A DNA stretch of 64,000 nt from Candidatus Ornithoclostridium excrementipullorum (lineage in GTDB: Bacteria; Bacillota; Clostridia; Christensenellales; UBA3700), in contig DVKK01000040.1 in assembly GCA_018716085.1 (NCBI GenBank), positions 1,107 through 65,106 of the forward strand, given 5' to 3'. Below the pieces are notes generated by a model. That model saw only the letters and a list, made by a program, of their open reading frames with translations, was not told the origin of the DNA and searched no databases. The number at the start of each line of letters is the position of its first letter. The stretch's first letter is position 1. The position numbers and the translations under genes are program-made. This document shows, piece by piece, positions 50,823 through 61,534 of the stretch.

Positions 50823-52316
50823 ATGAAGCGCGTTTTCAAGGCGTTCGCTCTCGTCACCGCGGTATCCGTGGCAACGCGGCTTATGTCTTTCCTGTTCAAG
50901 ATCTATCTCTCGCGCGAACTGGGCGCCGAAGTTCTCGGTCTGTACCAGATCGTGATGTCCGTTCTGTCGCTGATGTCGTGCGTCGGCAGCAGCGGTCTGC
51001 CCGTCACTCTATCCAGATTCGTAGCCGAGGGCAAAGCGCTGGGCGACAGACGAGGCTCGGACGGGCTGACGGCGTTCTGCCTTTCCGTCTCCGCGGGAGC
51101 CGCGCTGTTGTTCACTCTCGCTTCGCTCGCGTTCCCGACTCTTGTTTCCGCAATATTTTCGGACAAACGCTGCGTTCCGATATTCTACGCCTGTCTGCCC
51201 CTTCTTCTGACCACGTCCGCTTACGCTACGCTCAGAGGCTGGTTCTGGGGCAATCGCAATTACGGCGTTTTTGCCGCAACGGAATTGCTGGACGAGATAT
51301 CCAAGATCGTCCTGTCCGTACTGTTCATAAGCGGACTGTCGGCGGCTTTTGCCTCCGACAATGCGTACGCATATGCGCTGGTCGCGGGCGACGTGGTCGT
51401 CGTCGTCGTTCTCGCGGCGTGTTATTTCATCTTCGGGGGACGCATCGCAAAGCCGCGCGGCGCGAAAAAAGTCGTTATGAGCGCGGCGCCGCTGACCGCC
51501 ACCAGACTTGTAGGCAGCTCGATAAGCACGCTGACGTCGCTGCTTCTGCCCGCTCTTCTCGTTTCTTTGTACGGACTCACGACCGAACAGGCGACCGCGG
51601 AATTCGGCAGGGCTTCGGGAATGGTCATGCCTCTGCTGTTCACGCCCTCGTCGCTGACGGGTTCTCTTGCGGTCGTACTGATACCCGAACTGGCGTCGAT
51701 GAGCGCGACCGGAAGCAAATCCGCGATAGCCGGAACGGGCGCTCTTTCCGTGAAATTCGCAGCTGCGGTCAGCTCTCTGTTCTTCATCGTCTTCTGCTCG
51801 TGCGGAGTGCCGATAGGCGAACTTCTTTACGCCGATCCCAAGGCGGGCGAATATCTTACGGTCGCCGCCGCAGCCATGATACCTATGTGCGTCAACGGCA
51901 TATGCACGTCCGTGCTCAATTCTCTGGGAAAAGAAACCCTGACCTTCGTGGGTCATACGGCGGGCGCGGTCACGCTTGCCGCCGTGATGTCGGCGGGAGT
52001 CGCGTTTTTCGGGATCTACGCCTACTTTATAGCGATGTTGGTCTCGCAGACTCTCACGCTCGGGGTAAATCTGTTTCTGATGTGCAAATATGCGGGACTC
52101 GAACACAAGGAGCTGCTCAAACTCACCGCGCAGATAGCCTTTGCCGCGATTTCGGCGTTCGCGCTGTCGCAAGCCGCGGATATGTTGGAAAATGCTCTGC
52201 CCGATCTTGCCACGATCGCGGTAACGGGCGTCGCGGCGCTTGCGTTCTGCGCGGCGTATCTGCCGCTCAGTTCCACGATCACGAAAGACGAAGTGCGTCT
52301 GCTGCTGAAAAAATAA
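50823..52316 (+). CDS. MOP-superfamily flippase (SpoVB / MurJ / polysaccharide biosynthesis protein family)
   Basis: 497 aa with about 14 TM segments. N-terminus is typical of the SpoVB-like family. Confidence 0.8.
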   Translation: MKRVFKAFALVTAVSVATRLMSFLFKIYLSRELGAEVLGLYQIVMSVLSLMSCVGSSGLPVTLSRFVAEGKALGDRRGSDGLTAFCLSVSAGAALLFTLASLAFPTLVSAIFSDKRCVPIFYACLPLLLTTSAYATLRGWFWGNRNYGVFAATELLDEISKIVLSVLFISGLSAAFASDNAYAYALVAGDVVVVVVLAACYFIFGGRIAKPRGAKKVVMSAAPLTATRLVGSSISTLTSLLLPALLVSLYGLTTEQATAEFGRASGMVMPLLFTPSSLTGSLAVVLIPELASMSATGSKSAIAGTGALSVKFAAAVSSLFFIVFCSCGVPIGELLYADPKAGEYLTVAAAAMIPMCVNGICTSVLNSLGKETLTFVGHTAGAVTLAAVMSAGVAFFGIYAYFIAMLVSQTLTLGVNLFLMCKYAGLEHKELLKLTAQIAFAAISAFALSQAADMLENALPDLATIAVTGVAALAFCAAYLPLSSTITKDEVRLLLKK

Positions 52317-52357
52317 ACCGTCCGCGGCGCTCCTGCGACACGGAGCGCCTTGGACGG
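52306..52357 (-). terminator. Intrinsic terminator of folT
   Basis: Long interrupted stem CCGTCC..GGCGCTCC-loop-GGAGCGCC..GGACGG followed by UUUAUUUUUU on the minus strand. Confidence 0.75.
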
Positions 52358-52381
52358 AAATGCCGACAGGCAAATACCCCG

Positions 52382-53062
52382 TTATGCCGTTCCGTTTCCG
52401 TCTGCGGCGACGGACGCGGGCTCTTCGGCCTTGTTCTCAGGCTGTTTTCTGATATAGCCCGCCTTTTCGAGCACGGGTATCAATCGGATATAGATGATAT
52501 ATGTGACGATGCCGTTGAGGACGATCCACAGCGGCTGCGAGATCATCTTGGAGAGCATCATCTGGAGATACGGCGTTTCTACCCCCCACCCCTCACCTAT
52601 TATCACTTTTGCCAATGTATACGGATACAAGGAATACAGGCTCGCCGCCTCGGAGTCGCCTATCGGTATAACGAAGATGCTGGTCGTTTCGCCCAAAGCC
52701 GTCAGCCCGAGCGTACAGACCACAAAAGCGGTACCCGCCGTGGCGAGCAGTTTGAATACGATCCGCCAATTCGTATAACGATTGTACAGTCCCGCGATCA
52801 TTGCCATCAAAGCGTTGGACAGTCCGATAAGTACGGAATACGGCCCCTGCGGCAAAAGAAGCCCGGGGATAAGGTCCGCTATGAACGCGACCGCGAATCC
52901 CTGCCAGGGGCCGAGAATGAACCCCGACAGATAGCAGAACAGATATACAAGACTGATCCTGCCCAAATAAGTGCCGAACGACTGAAACGAACAAAGATTA
53001 AGCACCACACCGAGCGCTATAAAAATTGCCATATCAGCTATCCGTTGAGTTTTGCTGCGCAT
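52382..53062 (-). CDS. folT: ECF transporter S component, folate-specific (FolT)
   Basis: ORF to 53185. Start moved to MRSKTQRIADMAIFIALG (GGGAGG RBS). Multi-TM protein preceded by a THF riboswitch. Confidence 0.8.
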   Translation of the reverse strand: MRSKTQRIADMAIFIALGVVLNLCSFQSFGTYLGRISLVYLFCYLSGFILGPWQGFAVAFIADLIPGLLLPQGPYSVLIGLSNALMAMIAGLYNRYTNWRIVFKLLATAGTAFVVCTLGLTALGETTSIFVIPIGDSEAASLYSLYPYTLAKVIIGEGWGVETPYLQMMLSKMISQPLWIVLNGIVTYIIYIRLIPVLEKAGYIRKQPENKAEEPASVAADGNGTA

Positions 53063-53126
53063 AAAGCACCTCCCGAATAAGTGATACGGCAGAGAGCCGA
53101 CGTAAAAACACTGTCGCATGTCTTTC

Positions 53127-53220
53127 GCAGCGGACGCAACACAACACCGCAAGCTCGCGCTTTTCGTTTGAAGGCGACATCCCATCCCTCAACACTTAAC
53201 GCGTCGTGTTTACTCTGCCG
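53127..53220 (-). promoter_or_regulatory. THF (folT-motif) riboswitch
   Basis: Minus strand reads GGCAGAGUAAACACGACGCGUUAAGUGUUGAGGGAUGGGAUGUCGCCUUCAAACGAAAAGCGCGAGCUUGCGGUGUUGUGUUGCGUCCGCUGC. This is a block-for-block match to the THF-I aptamer (AGAGUA, CGCGUUAAGUGU, GGGAUGGGAUGUCG, ACGAA, GCGGUG, UUGC.UCCGCU). Confidence 0.85.
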
Positions 53221-53226
53221 ACACCT

Positions 53227-53255
53227 ATGATACCACACCCCGAAGATATTGTCAC
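53227..53255 (-). promoter_or_regulatory. Promoter GTGACA-17 nt-TATCAT driving the THF riboswitch and folT
   Basis: The -10 ends 6 nt before the first aptamer nucleotide. Confidence 0.55.
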
Positions 53256-53368
53256 CCGTTCGCGCGACGTAATACGGAATTTTCTGCGGCGTACACGAAA
53301 CGTGGATGTTCGCTACGCTCTTTTGCGCCTTTGCGCATACTCCCGCGCTCCCCGCGCACAATAGCGGT

Positions 53369-54028
53369 ATGTTGACCGCATTCGTCAGAACGCTCGTAAT
53401 ATATTTCTGTCTACTGGTGATACTGCGGCTGATGGGAAAAAAACAGCTCGGGGAACTTCAGCCGTTCGAACTTGCGATAACGCTGGTCGCGGCGGACCTT
53501 GCGTGCATACCGATGTCGGACACTCAGGTCCCGATACTGTACGGATTGGTGCCAATCTTCGCGCTTTTCATCGCCGAGTTCGTGATAACGCGCGCAGTCA
53601 AAGGCTCCGTCAGACTGCGCGGCGCCATAAACGGCAAACCGGTGATCGTCATTACCCCCGACGGGATCGACGCCGCGGCGCTGGACAAACTCGAAATGAC
53701 CGTCGGCGATCTCAACGAAGCGTTGAGAGGCAAAGACGTCTTTACGCCGCAGCAGGTGAGCTACGCGATAGTGGAAACTAACGGCGATCTGTCCGTTATC
53801 AAAAACGAAAACTGCGAAACGCCGACCGAGATCCCCTACACTTTGATCTGCGACGGAAAAATGATGAAGGACAATATCGGCAAGTCGGGCTTTCCCGAAA
53901 GCGCGGTGCGCGATCTCCTCGACGAGAACAGGCTCAAACCGAAACAGGTGCTGCTCATGACCTCCACCGGAGGCGAAGACTATTATATTCAGCCGCGCAA
54001 AGGCAAATTCATAACGGGAACGGTGTGA
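53369..54028 (+). CDS. DUF421 (YetF/YrbG-like) membrane protein
   Basis: ORF from 53306. Start moved to MLTAFVRTLVIYFCLLVILRLMGKKQLGELQPFE, the family-typical N-terminus. Confidence 0.8.
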   Translation: MLTAFVRTLVIYFCLLVILRLMGKKQLGELQPFELAITLVAADLACIPMSDTQVPILYGLVPIFALFIAEFVITRAVKGSVRLRGAINGKPVIVITPDGIDAAALDKLEMTVGDLNEALRGKDVFTPQQVSYAIVETNGDLSVIKNENCETPTEIPYTLICDGKMMKDNIGKSGFPESAVRDLLDENRLKPKQVLLMTSTGGEDYYIQPRKGKFITGTV

Positions 54029-54438
54029 TGACGGGATCGAAAACCAACAGGATCTTTTGGGTAAAGCTGGCGTTGGTATTGCTGCTGGCGCTCGCTATAC
54101 CCGCGCTGGGCATAGTCGAACAGGTCTATATGAAAGACAGCTTCGACGAGCTCTGCGGCGATTGCCGCGAGATAATCGCCCTTCTGTCGGAAGGCGACGA
54201 TGCGGGCGCATACCGCAAGACGCTCGATATGAAGGCGCGTTGGGAAAAGACTCGGGATATGCTCGAATTCATGTATCCCAACGCCGATATAAAAGAAGTA
54301 GCGCCGCAGATCGGAGAGTTGCAGGGCGACCTCGAAGCCGATCTCGCGGACGACGCGATCGCGCGTGCGAGAATGATAGAGAGCCTCGCCGAAAACAGCA
54401 AGAACCTGCTCGCTTTCAAATGGAAAAACATCCTGTGA
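54025..54438 (+). CDS. DUF4363-like small membrane-anchored protein
   Basis: 137 aa with one N-terminal TM and a helical remainder. Start overlaps the DUF421 stop. The DUF421/DUF4363 pairing is common in Clostridia. Confidence 0.65.
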   Translation: MMTGSKTNRIFWVKLALVLLLALAIPALGIVEQVYMKDSFDELCGDCREIIALLSEGDDAGAYRKTLDMKARWEKTRDMLEFMYPNADIKEVAPQIGELQGDLEADLADDAIARARMIESLAENSKNLLAFKWKNIL

Positions 54439-54478
54439 GCCGTTGAACACGTAAAGCGTTAAACGCTTTTAACGAACA

Positions 54479-54503
54479 CGGGCGCGGAAAACCGCGCCCG
54501 TTT
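54479..54503. terminator. Bidirectional terminator (DUF4363 / uvrA)
   Basis: CGGGCGCGG-AAAA-CCGCGCCCG with short U tracts on both sides. Confidence 0.65.
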
Positions 54504-54526
54504 GCGTATCGGATCACTCTACCTTC

Positions 54527-57343
54527 TCAGCGTTTTCCCAACTTGGGGATCAGATACCTTCCGGTTTCGCTGAGCTTGTTTTCGGCGACCTGCTCGGGCG
54601 TGCCCTCGGCTATCACCGTACCGCCCGCGTCGCCGCCCTCGGGTCCCAGATCGATGATGTGGTCAGCCACTTTTATCACGTCGAGATTGTGTTCTATCAC
54701 GACGACGGTATTGCCGTTGTCGGCGAACTTCTGCAATATCGATATCAGTTTCCTGACGTCGTGGGTATGCAGTCCGGTAGTGGGTTCGTCGAGGATATAT
54801 ATAGTCTTGCCCGTGCCGCGCTTGGACAGCTCGGTCGCAAGCTTGACGCGTTGCGCCTCGCCGCCGGACAGCGTGGTCGCGGGCTGTCCCAGTTTGATAT
54901 ACGAAAGCCCTACGTCGTAAAGAGTCTTTATCTTGTTGTATATCTGCGGTATGTTGCGGAAAAACTCGCACGCTTCTTCCACGGTCATTTCAAGCACGTC
55001 GTATATGCTCTTGCCCTTGTACTTGACCTGCAGCGTTTCGCGGTTATATCTTTTGCCTCCGCAGACTTCGCACGGAACGTAAACGTCCGACAGAAAATGC
55101 ATCTCTATCTTGATGATGCCGTCTCCGCTGCAGTGTTCGCATCTGCCGCCCTTGACGTTGAAAGAAAATCTTCCCGATTTATATCCCCTTGCCTGAGCCT
55201 CGGGCGTCTTGGCGAACAGTTCCCTTATCGCGGTGAATACGCCCGTATAAGTCGCGGGGTTCGACCTCGGGGTCCTTCCGATCGGGCTTTGATCTATCCT
55301 AATGACCTTGTCGAGGTTCTCTACTCCGTCCACGCCGTCGCATTCCACGTCGGTCTCGCGCGCGCCGTTCAGCTTCGCCGCGAGCGCGGGATAAAGTATC
55401 TCGTTTATCAGACTGCTCTTGCCGCTGCCCGACACTCCCGTCACAGCCACGAATTTTCCGAGAGGGATCTTTACGTCTATGTTTTTGAGATTATTCTTGC
55501 GCGCGCCTCTTATGGTCAGATAATTGCCGTTGCCGGAACGCCTTACGCCGGGGACGGCAATGCTCTCCCTTCCCGACAGATACGCGCCCGTGATCGACTT
55601 TTCGCACGCCATGACGTCTGCGGGAGTGCCGCAGACGACCACTTCGCCGCCGTTGACGCCCGCTCCCGGGCCTATGTCCACTATCCAGTCGGCGCGCGCC
55701 ATCGTGTCCTCGTCGTGTTCGACGACTATCAGCGTATTGCCCAGATCGCGCAGTCTGCACAGCGTCGCGAGCAGTTTGTCGTTGTCGCGCTGATGCAGTC
55801 CTATGCTCGGTTCGTCCAGGATGTACAGCACGCCCATCAGCCCGCTGCCTATCTGTGTGGCGAGCCTTATGCGCTGCGCCTCGCCGCCCGACAGCGTGCC
55901 CGCGGACCTGCCCAGCGACAGATATCCCAAGCCCACGTTGCGCAGGAAATTGAGCCTTGCGTCTATCTCTTTCAGTATCTGGTCGGCAATGATCTTCTCG
56001 CTCTTGCCGAGCTCGAGCCGCGCGAAAAAGTCTATGAGTTTGACTATGGACATTTCGCACAGTTCCCAGATGTTCTTCCCTCCGACGTAGACGGAGAGCG
56101 CTTCGCGCTTCAATCTCTTACCGTGGCAGACGTCGCAGGGGACGTCTTTCATGTACCGCTCGATCTCCATCTTTACGTAATCGGAATTCGTTTCCCGATA
56201 GCGGCGGCGCAGATTGGTGATGACGCCCTCGAAATTGCGCGTGAACGACGCCTTGAAATTGGCGGAATCGAACTTGTATTCTATCTTGGTGCTGTCGCCG
56301 TACAGAATTATGTTCTGCACGCTCTCGGGAAGCTCTCTGAACGGAGTGCGCAGACTGAACCCGTACTTGCGGCTGAGAGAGTTGAGCGCCGAAGCGGAGA
56401 TCTTGCTTGAATCCAGAAACCACCCCGTGACGTCGACCGCGCCTTCGGCAAGACTTTTGTCCCACTTGACGACTTTGTTGATGTCTATCTCCTGCGTAAA
56501 GCCCAATCCGCTGCACTTGGAACACGCTCCGTAGGGCGAGTTAAACGAAAACAGCCTCGGAGTAAGCTCTTCGATGCTGACGTCGCAGTCGGGGCAGGCA
56601 TAACGCGTGGAATACAGGACCTTCGTCCCGTCCGTTTCCACTTCGACCAGCCCTTCGGCAAGTTTGAGCGCATTTTCCAGACTGTCGGTAAGTCTGCGGT
56701 TGATCCCTTCTTTGAGAACGAGTCTGTCCACGACGATGCCTATATCGTGCTTCTTCTTTTTGTCCAGATCGATCTGTTCGTCGAGTTCGCGGTCCTGCCC
56801 GTCGATCACGGCGCGCATATAACCGTTTTTGCGCAGCTGCTCGAGCTGTTTGCCGTACTCTCCCTTGCGCCCCCGTACGATTGGCGCGATCACCCTTACC
56901 TTCGCGCCTTCGGGACCCGCCAGCACTCTGTCCGCTATCTGGTCTACGGTCTGCTGATCGATCTTCTTGCCGCATACGGGACAATGCACTTCGCCCACTC
57001 TGGCATAGAGAAGACGGAGATAGTCGTATATCTCCGTGACGGTGCCGACCGTGGAGCGCGGGTTGTTGGACGTGGTCTTCTGATCGATCGAGATCGCGGG
57101 CGAAAGCCCGTCGATGTAATCCACGTCGGGCTTGTCCATCTGCCCCAGAAACTGCCTTGCATACGACGACAAACTTTCGATATATCTTCTCTGTCCTTCG
57201 GCAAAAATGGTGTCGAAAGCGAGCGACGACTTGCCCGAACCGCTGAGCCCCGTGAACACGACCAGCTTGTCGCGCGGTATAGAAACGTCTATGTTTTTCA
57301 GATTGTGGACCCTTGCCCCTTTTACGAAAATATTCTCTCTCAT
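54527..57343 (-). CDS. uvrA: Excinuclease ABC subunit A
   Basis: 938 aa with two ABC modules ([26 protein letters not shown]) and zinc-finger Cys pairs. Confidence 0.97.
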   Translation of the reverse strand: MRENIFVKGARVHNLKNIDVSIPRDKLVVFTGLSGSGKSSLAFDTIFAEGQRRYIESLSSYARQFLGQMDKPDVDYIDGLSPAISIDQKTTSNNPRSTVGTVTEIYDYLRLLYARVGEVHCPVCGKKIDQQTVDQIADRVLAGPEGAKVRVIAPIVRGRKGEYGKQLEQLRKNGYMRAVIDGQDRELDEQIDLDKKKKHDIGIVVDRLVLKEGINRRLTDSLENALKLAEGLVEVETDGTKVLYSTRYACPDCDVSIEELTPRLFSFNSPYGACSKCSGLGFTQEIDINKVVKWDKSLAEGAVDVTGWFLDSSKISASALNSLSRKYGFSLRTPFRELPESVQNIILYGDSTKIEYKFDSANFKASFTRNFEGVITNLRRRYRETNSDYVKMEIERYMKDVPCDVCHGKRLKREALSVYVGGKNIWELCEMSIVKLIDFFARLELGKSEKIIADQILKEIDARLNFLRNVGLGYLSLGRSAGTLSGGEAQRIRLATQIGSGLMGVLYILDEPSIGLHQRDNDKLLATLCRLRDLGNTLIVVEHDEDTMARADWIVDIGPGAGVNGGEVVVCGTPADVMACEKSITGAYLSGRESIAVPGVRRSGNGNYLTIRGARKNNLKNIDVKIPLGKFVAVTGVSGSGKSSLINEILYPALAAKLNGARETDVECDGVDGVENLDKVIRIDQSPIGRTPRSNPATYTGVFTAIRELFAKTPEAQARGYKSGRFSFNVKGGRCEHCSGDGIIKIEMHFLSDVYVPCEVCGGKRYNRETLQVKYKGKSIYDVLEMTVEEACEFFRNIPQIYNKIKTLYDVGLSYIKLGQPATTLSGGEAQRVKLATELSKRGTGKTIYILDEPTTGLHTHDVRKLISILQKFADNGNTVVVIEHNLDVIKVADHIIDLGPEGGDAGGTVIAEGTPEQVAENKLSETGRYLIPKLGKR

Positions 57344-57378
57344 TGCTCAGTTGTCCTCCGATGCGCCGTTCAACGGCA

Positions 57379-57407
57379 AATATACCCCTCCGAAAGACTA
57401 TTGTCAA
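57379..57407 (-). promoter_or_regulatory. Internal promoter TTGACA-17 nt-TATATT upstream of uvrA
   Basis: Read on the minus strand in the 75-nt uvrB-uvrA gap. Confidence 0.55.
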
Positions 57408-57418
57408 GCGCTCGAAAC

Positions 57419-59398
57419 TTATCCGCGCTTCTTTCTCCCCGATTCTTCTATGCGCTTTTTTATCGCGGCGACCTGTTCGCGGTAACGTATCGCCAATTCG
57501 AAATCCAGACTTGCCGCGGCGACCTTCATCGCGCTCTGCACGCGGTCGAGTTCCTTATAAAGCTCTTTTACGCTCTTTTTGTCGCCGTCGCCGTCTTCGG
57601 ATATCTTCTTCGTTATCTCCAAAGTGTTCGTGACCGGTTTGACGATCGTCCTGGGGATTATGCCGTGTTCGTCGTTGTAGCGCTTCTGTTTCTCGCGCCT
57701 GCGGTCGGTCTCGTCGAGTGCGCGTCTCATCGATCCGGTGATCGTATCAGCATACATGACGACTTTTGCCTCGCTGTTACGCGCCGCCCTGCCTATCGTC
57801 TGTATCAGCGAAGTTTCGCTTCGCAAAAATCCTTCCTTGTCCGCGTCGAGTATAGCAACGAGCGTGACCTCGGGCAGATCCAGTCCTTCCCTGAGAAGAT
57901 TGATGCCCACGAGTACGTCGAAGTCGCCTCTGCGCAGTCCGGCTATTATCTCTATACGGTCCAGAGTATCCACGTCCGAGTGCATATATTTTACGCGTAC
58001 GTGTTGTTCTTTCAGATATTCGGTAAGACTTTCCGCCATCTTTTTCGTAAGCGTTGTGACCAGCACTCTGCCGCCCTTTTCGGTCTGAACGTGTATCTCG
58101 GACAGCAGATCGTCTATCTGCCCTTCCACGGGGCGCACCGTCACTTCGGGATCGAGCAGTCCCGTCGGTCTTATGAGCTGTTCCACCACCTGCCCCGCCT
58201 CTTTGAGTTCGTACGGCCCCGGCGTCGCGGAAACGCAGATCATCTGTCCGACCCTCGCGTCGAATTCTTCGAAACGCAGAGGTCTGTTGTCATACGCCGA
58301 CGGCAGTCGGAATCCGTAATCCACGAGGTTGACTTTGCGCGAGAGATCGCCGTTGTACATCGCGCGCAGCTGCGGCAGAGTCATATGGCTCTCGTCCACG
58401 AAAAGAATAAAGTCTTTAGGGAAAAAGTCGAGCAGCGTATAAGGCGGCTGACCGGGACTGCGGCCGTCGAAATAGCGGGAGTAATTCTCTATACCGCTGC
58501 AATAGCCCATCTCGCGTATCATCTCTATGTCGTAACTGACGCGTTCTTTGAGCCTTTGCGCTTCGAGCAGTTTGCCGTCCTCCTCGAACTTCTTCACGCA
58601 TTCGACCATATCCCTGCCGATCTTTTCCAGCGCGCGCTCCTTTTTTTCTTTTTCCACCACGTAATGGCTCGCGGGATAGAAATTGACGTGTTTGAGCTCG
58701 CTTATCGGCTTTGCGGTCAGCGGATCGAACTGAACTATCTTTTCGATCTCGTCGCCCCAGAACTCGACTCTCACCGCTACTTCCGAGCTGTCCACGGGGA
58801 ACACTTCGACGACATCTCCCCTTACGCGGAAACTCGCTCGGTCGAACTCTATGTCGCTGCGCTTGTACTGTATCTCGATCAGTCTGTCTATCAACTCTTC
58901 TCTGTCGATCGTCATGCCGGGACGCAGCGATACCGCCATCGAGAAATATTCGAGCGGCGCGCCGAGTCCGTAAATACACGAAACGGAAGCGACGACAATG
59001 ACGTCCCTGCTCTCGCACAGCGCTCCCGTGGCGGAGTGACGGAGCTTGTCTATCTCGTCGTTTATCGAAAGGTCCTTTTCGATATAAGTGTCGGTGCGCG
59101 GGATATACGCCTCGGGCTGATAATAATCGTAATAGGAAACAAAATATTCGACTCTGTTGTTCGGAAAAAATTCCCTGAATTCGTTGCAAAGCTGCGCGGC
59201 GAGGGTCTTGTTGTGAGCGATCACGAGAGCGGGACGATTGAGCTGTTTGATCACGTTCGCCATCGTGAACGTCTTGCCGCTGCCGGTAACGCCGAGCAAC
59301 ACCTGCGTACGCAGTCCGTCGCGCACGCCTTCGACGAGTTTCTCTATCGCCTGCGGCTGATCCCCGCACGGCTCGAATTTACTGTGCAGCTCGAACAT
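57419..59398 (-). CDS. uvrB: Excinuclease ABC subunit B
   Basis: 659 aa with [16 protein letters not shown] and a C-terminal UVR domain. Confidence 0.97.
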   Translation of the reverse strand: MFELHSKFEPCGDQPQAIEKLVEGVRDGLRTQVLLGVTGSGKTFTMANVIKQLNRPALVIAHNKTLAAQLCNEFREFFPNNRVEYFVSYYDYYQPEAYIPRTDTYIEKDLSINDEIDKLRHSATGALCESRDVIVVASVSCIYGLGAPLEYFSMAVSLRPGMTIDREELIDRLIEIQYKRSDIEFDRASFRVRGDVVEVFPVDSSEVAVRVEFWGDEIEKIVQFDPLTAKPISELKHVNFYPASHYVVEKEKKERALEKIGRDMVECVKKFEEDGKLLEAQRLKERVSYDIEMIREMGYCSGIENYSRYFDGRSPGQPPYTLLDFFPKDFILFVDESHMTLPQLRAMYNGDLSRKVNLVDYGFRLPSAYDNRPLRFEEFDARVGQMICVSATPGPYELKEAGQVVEQLIRPTGLLDPEVTVRPVEGQIDDLLSEIHVQTEKGGRVLVTTLTKKMAESLTEYLKEQHVRVKYMHSDVDTLDRIEIIAGLRRGDFDVLVGINLLREGLDLPEVTLVAILDADKEGFLRSETSLIQTIGRAARNSEAKVVMYADTITGSMRRALDETDRRREKQKRYNDEHGIIPRTIVKPVTNTLEITKKISEDGDGDKKSVKELYKELDRVQSAMKVAAASLDFELAIRYREQVAAIKKRIEESGRKKRG

Positions 59399-59401
59399 GA
59401 T

Positions 59402-59764
59402 TCAACCGAACAGCAACGTAAGCACCCTCACCAACGTGACCGAAAGTATTGCGCCGGCGACGGTCAGTACGATCTTGAATTTTATCGCGCGTCTTTCGCT
59501 CTCTATCTGACGGGCAAAAGCGTAGCCGTTCTGGTGCAGCGTAAAACAGAACACGCGCTCTCCCTTCTTCTCGGTGTCTATCAGTTCGAAATAATCCTCG
59601 AGGACCAGGGTTTTAAGACACGGCTCGAGATCTTCGCGGCGGAAGTCCTCCTTGAACGATATGTCGGTAAGGAGTTCCGTCGGAGTCATCAGGCACTTGC
59701 CCTCCGTCTTGACGGCCTTGGAATAGACCGCTTTCATTATGAGTTTCTCTTTTCTGCTGAGCAC
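59402..59764 (-). CDS. Small membrane-tethered protein, winged-helix-like N-domain plus C-terminal TM (hypothetical)
   Basis: 120 aa with C-terminal TM IVLTVAGAILSVTLVRVLTLLF. Paralogous to the upstream 152-aa ORF. Confidence 0.6.
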   Translation of the reverse strand: MLSRKEKLIMKAVYSKAVKTEGKCLMTPTELLTDISFKEDFRREDLEPCLKTLVLEDYFELIDTEKKGERVFCFTLHQNGYAFARQIESERRAIKFKIVLTVAGAILSVTLVRVLTLLFG

Positions 59765-59774
59765 GGTTATCCTC

Positions 59775-60233
59775 CTAAGCGAGCGCGAAGTGCATTATCA
59801 GCGCGACTATCACTCCGCCGATGACGCCTCCGACGATCCCGCCTATCAAGCCGAACACGAGCGCGCTTTTCGAACTGCCCGCGATCTTTCTTATCTGTTT
59901 TCTGAATCCCGCATCCTTGTTGTCGAACACTACCACGGGTCTGCCGACGGCGTCCGCTTTCACCACGGTGGCGGCGTCGTCGCTTCTAAGACTGAGCGCC
60001 TTCAATTCGGCATTGAAAGCGCGTCCTTTGACGGTCACGGTACAACAGACGGAAGAACCGTCGTCGTATTTTTTCTCGGCGTATCCTCCGAATACGAGTT
60101 CCGTCATGGCGGCGGTGCGCTCGCTCTCCCCTCCCGCGGCGGCGTCGAGGTCCTCGCGGTCGAAGACCCCGTATTTGCCTTCCTTCACGTTGTCGCAAAG
60201 GTACGAAAGCAGTCTGAGCGCGCCGTCGGTCAT
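59775..60233 (-). CDS. Small membrane-tethered protein, paralogue of the 120-aa ORF (hypothetical)
   Basis: 152 aa with a G-rich C-terminal TM LVFGLIGGIVGGVIGGVIVALIM. Its start abuts the hom stop. Confidence 0.6.
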   Translation of the reverse strand: MTDGALRLLSYLCDNVKEGKYGVFDREDLDAAAGGESERTAAMTELVFGGYAEKKYDDGSSVCCTVTVKGRAFNAELKALSLRSDDAATVVKADAVGRPVVVFDNKDAGFRKQIRKIAGSSKSALVFGLIGGIVGGVIGGVIVALIMHFALA

Positions 60234-61505
60234 TTATCTCTCCACGCGGATGACGTTTCTCACGCCGATCACGTTGCCGAGTCTGCCTATCTCTTCGATC
60301 GCTTTCTGCATATCGAATTCGCGCGTCTTGTGGGTGACGAACACTACGGGGATTATCTCCTTGCTGTCCGCCTGCCGCATCTGGCTTATCGACACCCTGT
60401 GCTTTTTGAACACGGCGGCGATATCGGCGATGACGCCGACCACGTCGTGTACGTCAAGTCTGATGTAATATTCGCTCTCGTAGTCGTACTCTATGTCCGA
60501 TTCGGTCATGCTTACGTTCATCTCCGAGTAGCGGGCGTGCTTCTCCTGTCTGGCGCAGAAGACTATGTCGCTGACGATCGCGCTTCCGGTCGGCAGAGCT
60601 CCCGCTCCCCTTCCGTACAGCATGATATCGCCCACGTTGTCGCCGACGAGGAACACCGCATTGAACGAATCGTTCACGTTGGCGAGCGGATGATCCTTGG
60701 AAAGGAACACGGGCGTGACCCTCGCCTCGATCTTTTCGCCGCGGCGCTTGGCGATCGCGAGAAGCTTGATGACGAAGCCGAGTTCGCGCGCCACGGCTAT
60801 ATCCGTCTTCGTGATGTTAGTGATCCCCTCTCTGGATATGAGTTCTACAGGAAGACGCTTGTTGAACGCAAGCGAAGAGAGAATGGACAGCTTATAGCTG
60901 GAATCGTATCCCTCTACGTCCGCGACCGGATTTGCCTCGGCGTAACCGAGCGCCTGAGCGTCTTTGAGCACTTCGGCGTAATCCGCCCCCTCCTGCGTCA
61001 TCTTGGAGAGGATGTAATTGGTCGTGCCGTTGATGATAGCCTTTATCTCCATTATGGAATTGGCCTGCATCGCCTGGGTCATGACGCGTATGATCGGCAT
61101 TCCGCCGCCCGTGGTAGCCTCGTAATAAAGCCCCGCGCCCGTTTTGGCGGCAGCCTGTTCGAGTTCCACCCAGCTTTTAGCAAACATCTCCTTGTTGGAA
61201 GTGACGATGCTCTTGCCCGCTTCGAGCGCCTTGATCAGGAACGTGCGCGCAGGTTCGAGTCCGCCCATGCACTCCACGACGATATCCACGTCGGGATTGT
61301 CGCATATGTCGTCGATGCTGTCCGCGCATATGCTCGTATCCAGTCCGTATTTGAGCACCTTATCCTTGAATTTGTCGAGCACGGCGACGACCGTCAGGTC
61401 GACTCCGTATTCGTCGGCTATCTGCTTTTTCTTCTCGAGCAGTATTTCGAGCGTACCGCCTCCTACCACTCCGAGTCCGAGTATTGCGACTCCTGCTTTT
61501 TTCAT
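60234..61505 (-). CDS. hom: Homoserine dehydrogenase with C-terminal ACT domain
   Basis: ORF to 61538. Start moved to MKKAGVAILGLGVVGGG (AAGGAG RBS). Confidence 0.9.
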   Translation of the reverse strand: MKKAGVAILGLGVVGGGTLEILLEKKKQIADEYGVDLTVVAVLDKFKDKVLKYGLDTSICADSIDDICDNPDVDIVVECMGGLEPARTFLIKALEAGKSIVTSNKEMFAKSWVELEQAAAKTGAGLYYEATTGGGMPIIRVMTQAMQANSIMEIKAIINGTTNYILSKMTQEGADYAEVLKDAQALGYAEANPVADVEGYDSSYKLSILSSLAFNKRLPVELISREGITNITKTDIAVARELGFVIKLLAIAKRRGEKIEARVTPVFLSKDHPLANVNDSFNAVFLVGDNVGDIMLYGRGAGALPTGSAIVSDIVFCARQEKHARYSEMNVSMTESDIEYDYESEYYIRLDVHDVVGVIADIAAVFKKHRVSISQMRQADSKEIIPVVFVTHKTREFDMQKAIEEIGRLGNVIGVRNVIRVER

Positions 61506-61534
61506 ATATTTCTCCTTCGTGCCGTCAGGCAAAA

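Noticed and set aside
59392-59403. LexA/DinR-like box at the uvrB start (CGAACATGATTC)
   Set aside because: The half-sites are spaced one nucleotide short of CGAAC-N4-GTTCG and one half is degenerate. It also lies inside coding sequence.
56747-59824. 1025-aa plus-strand ORF
   Set aside because: It is a shadow ORF across the uvrA 5' end, uvrB and the 120-aa gene, all of which are securely identified on the minus strand.
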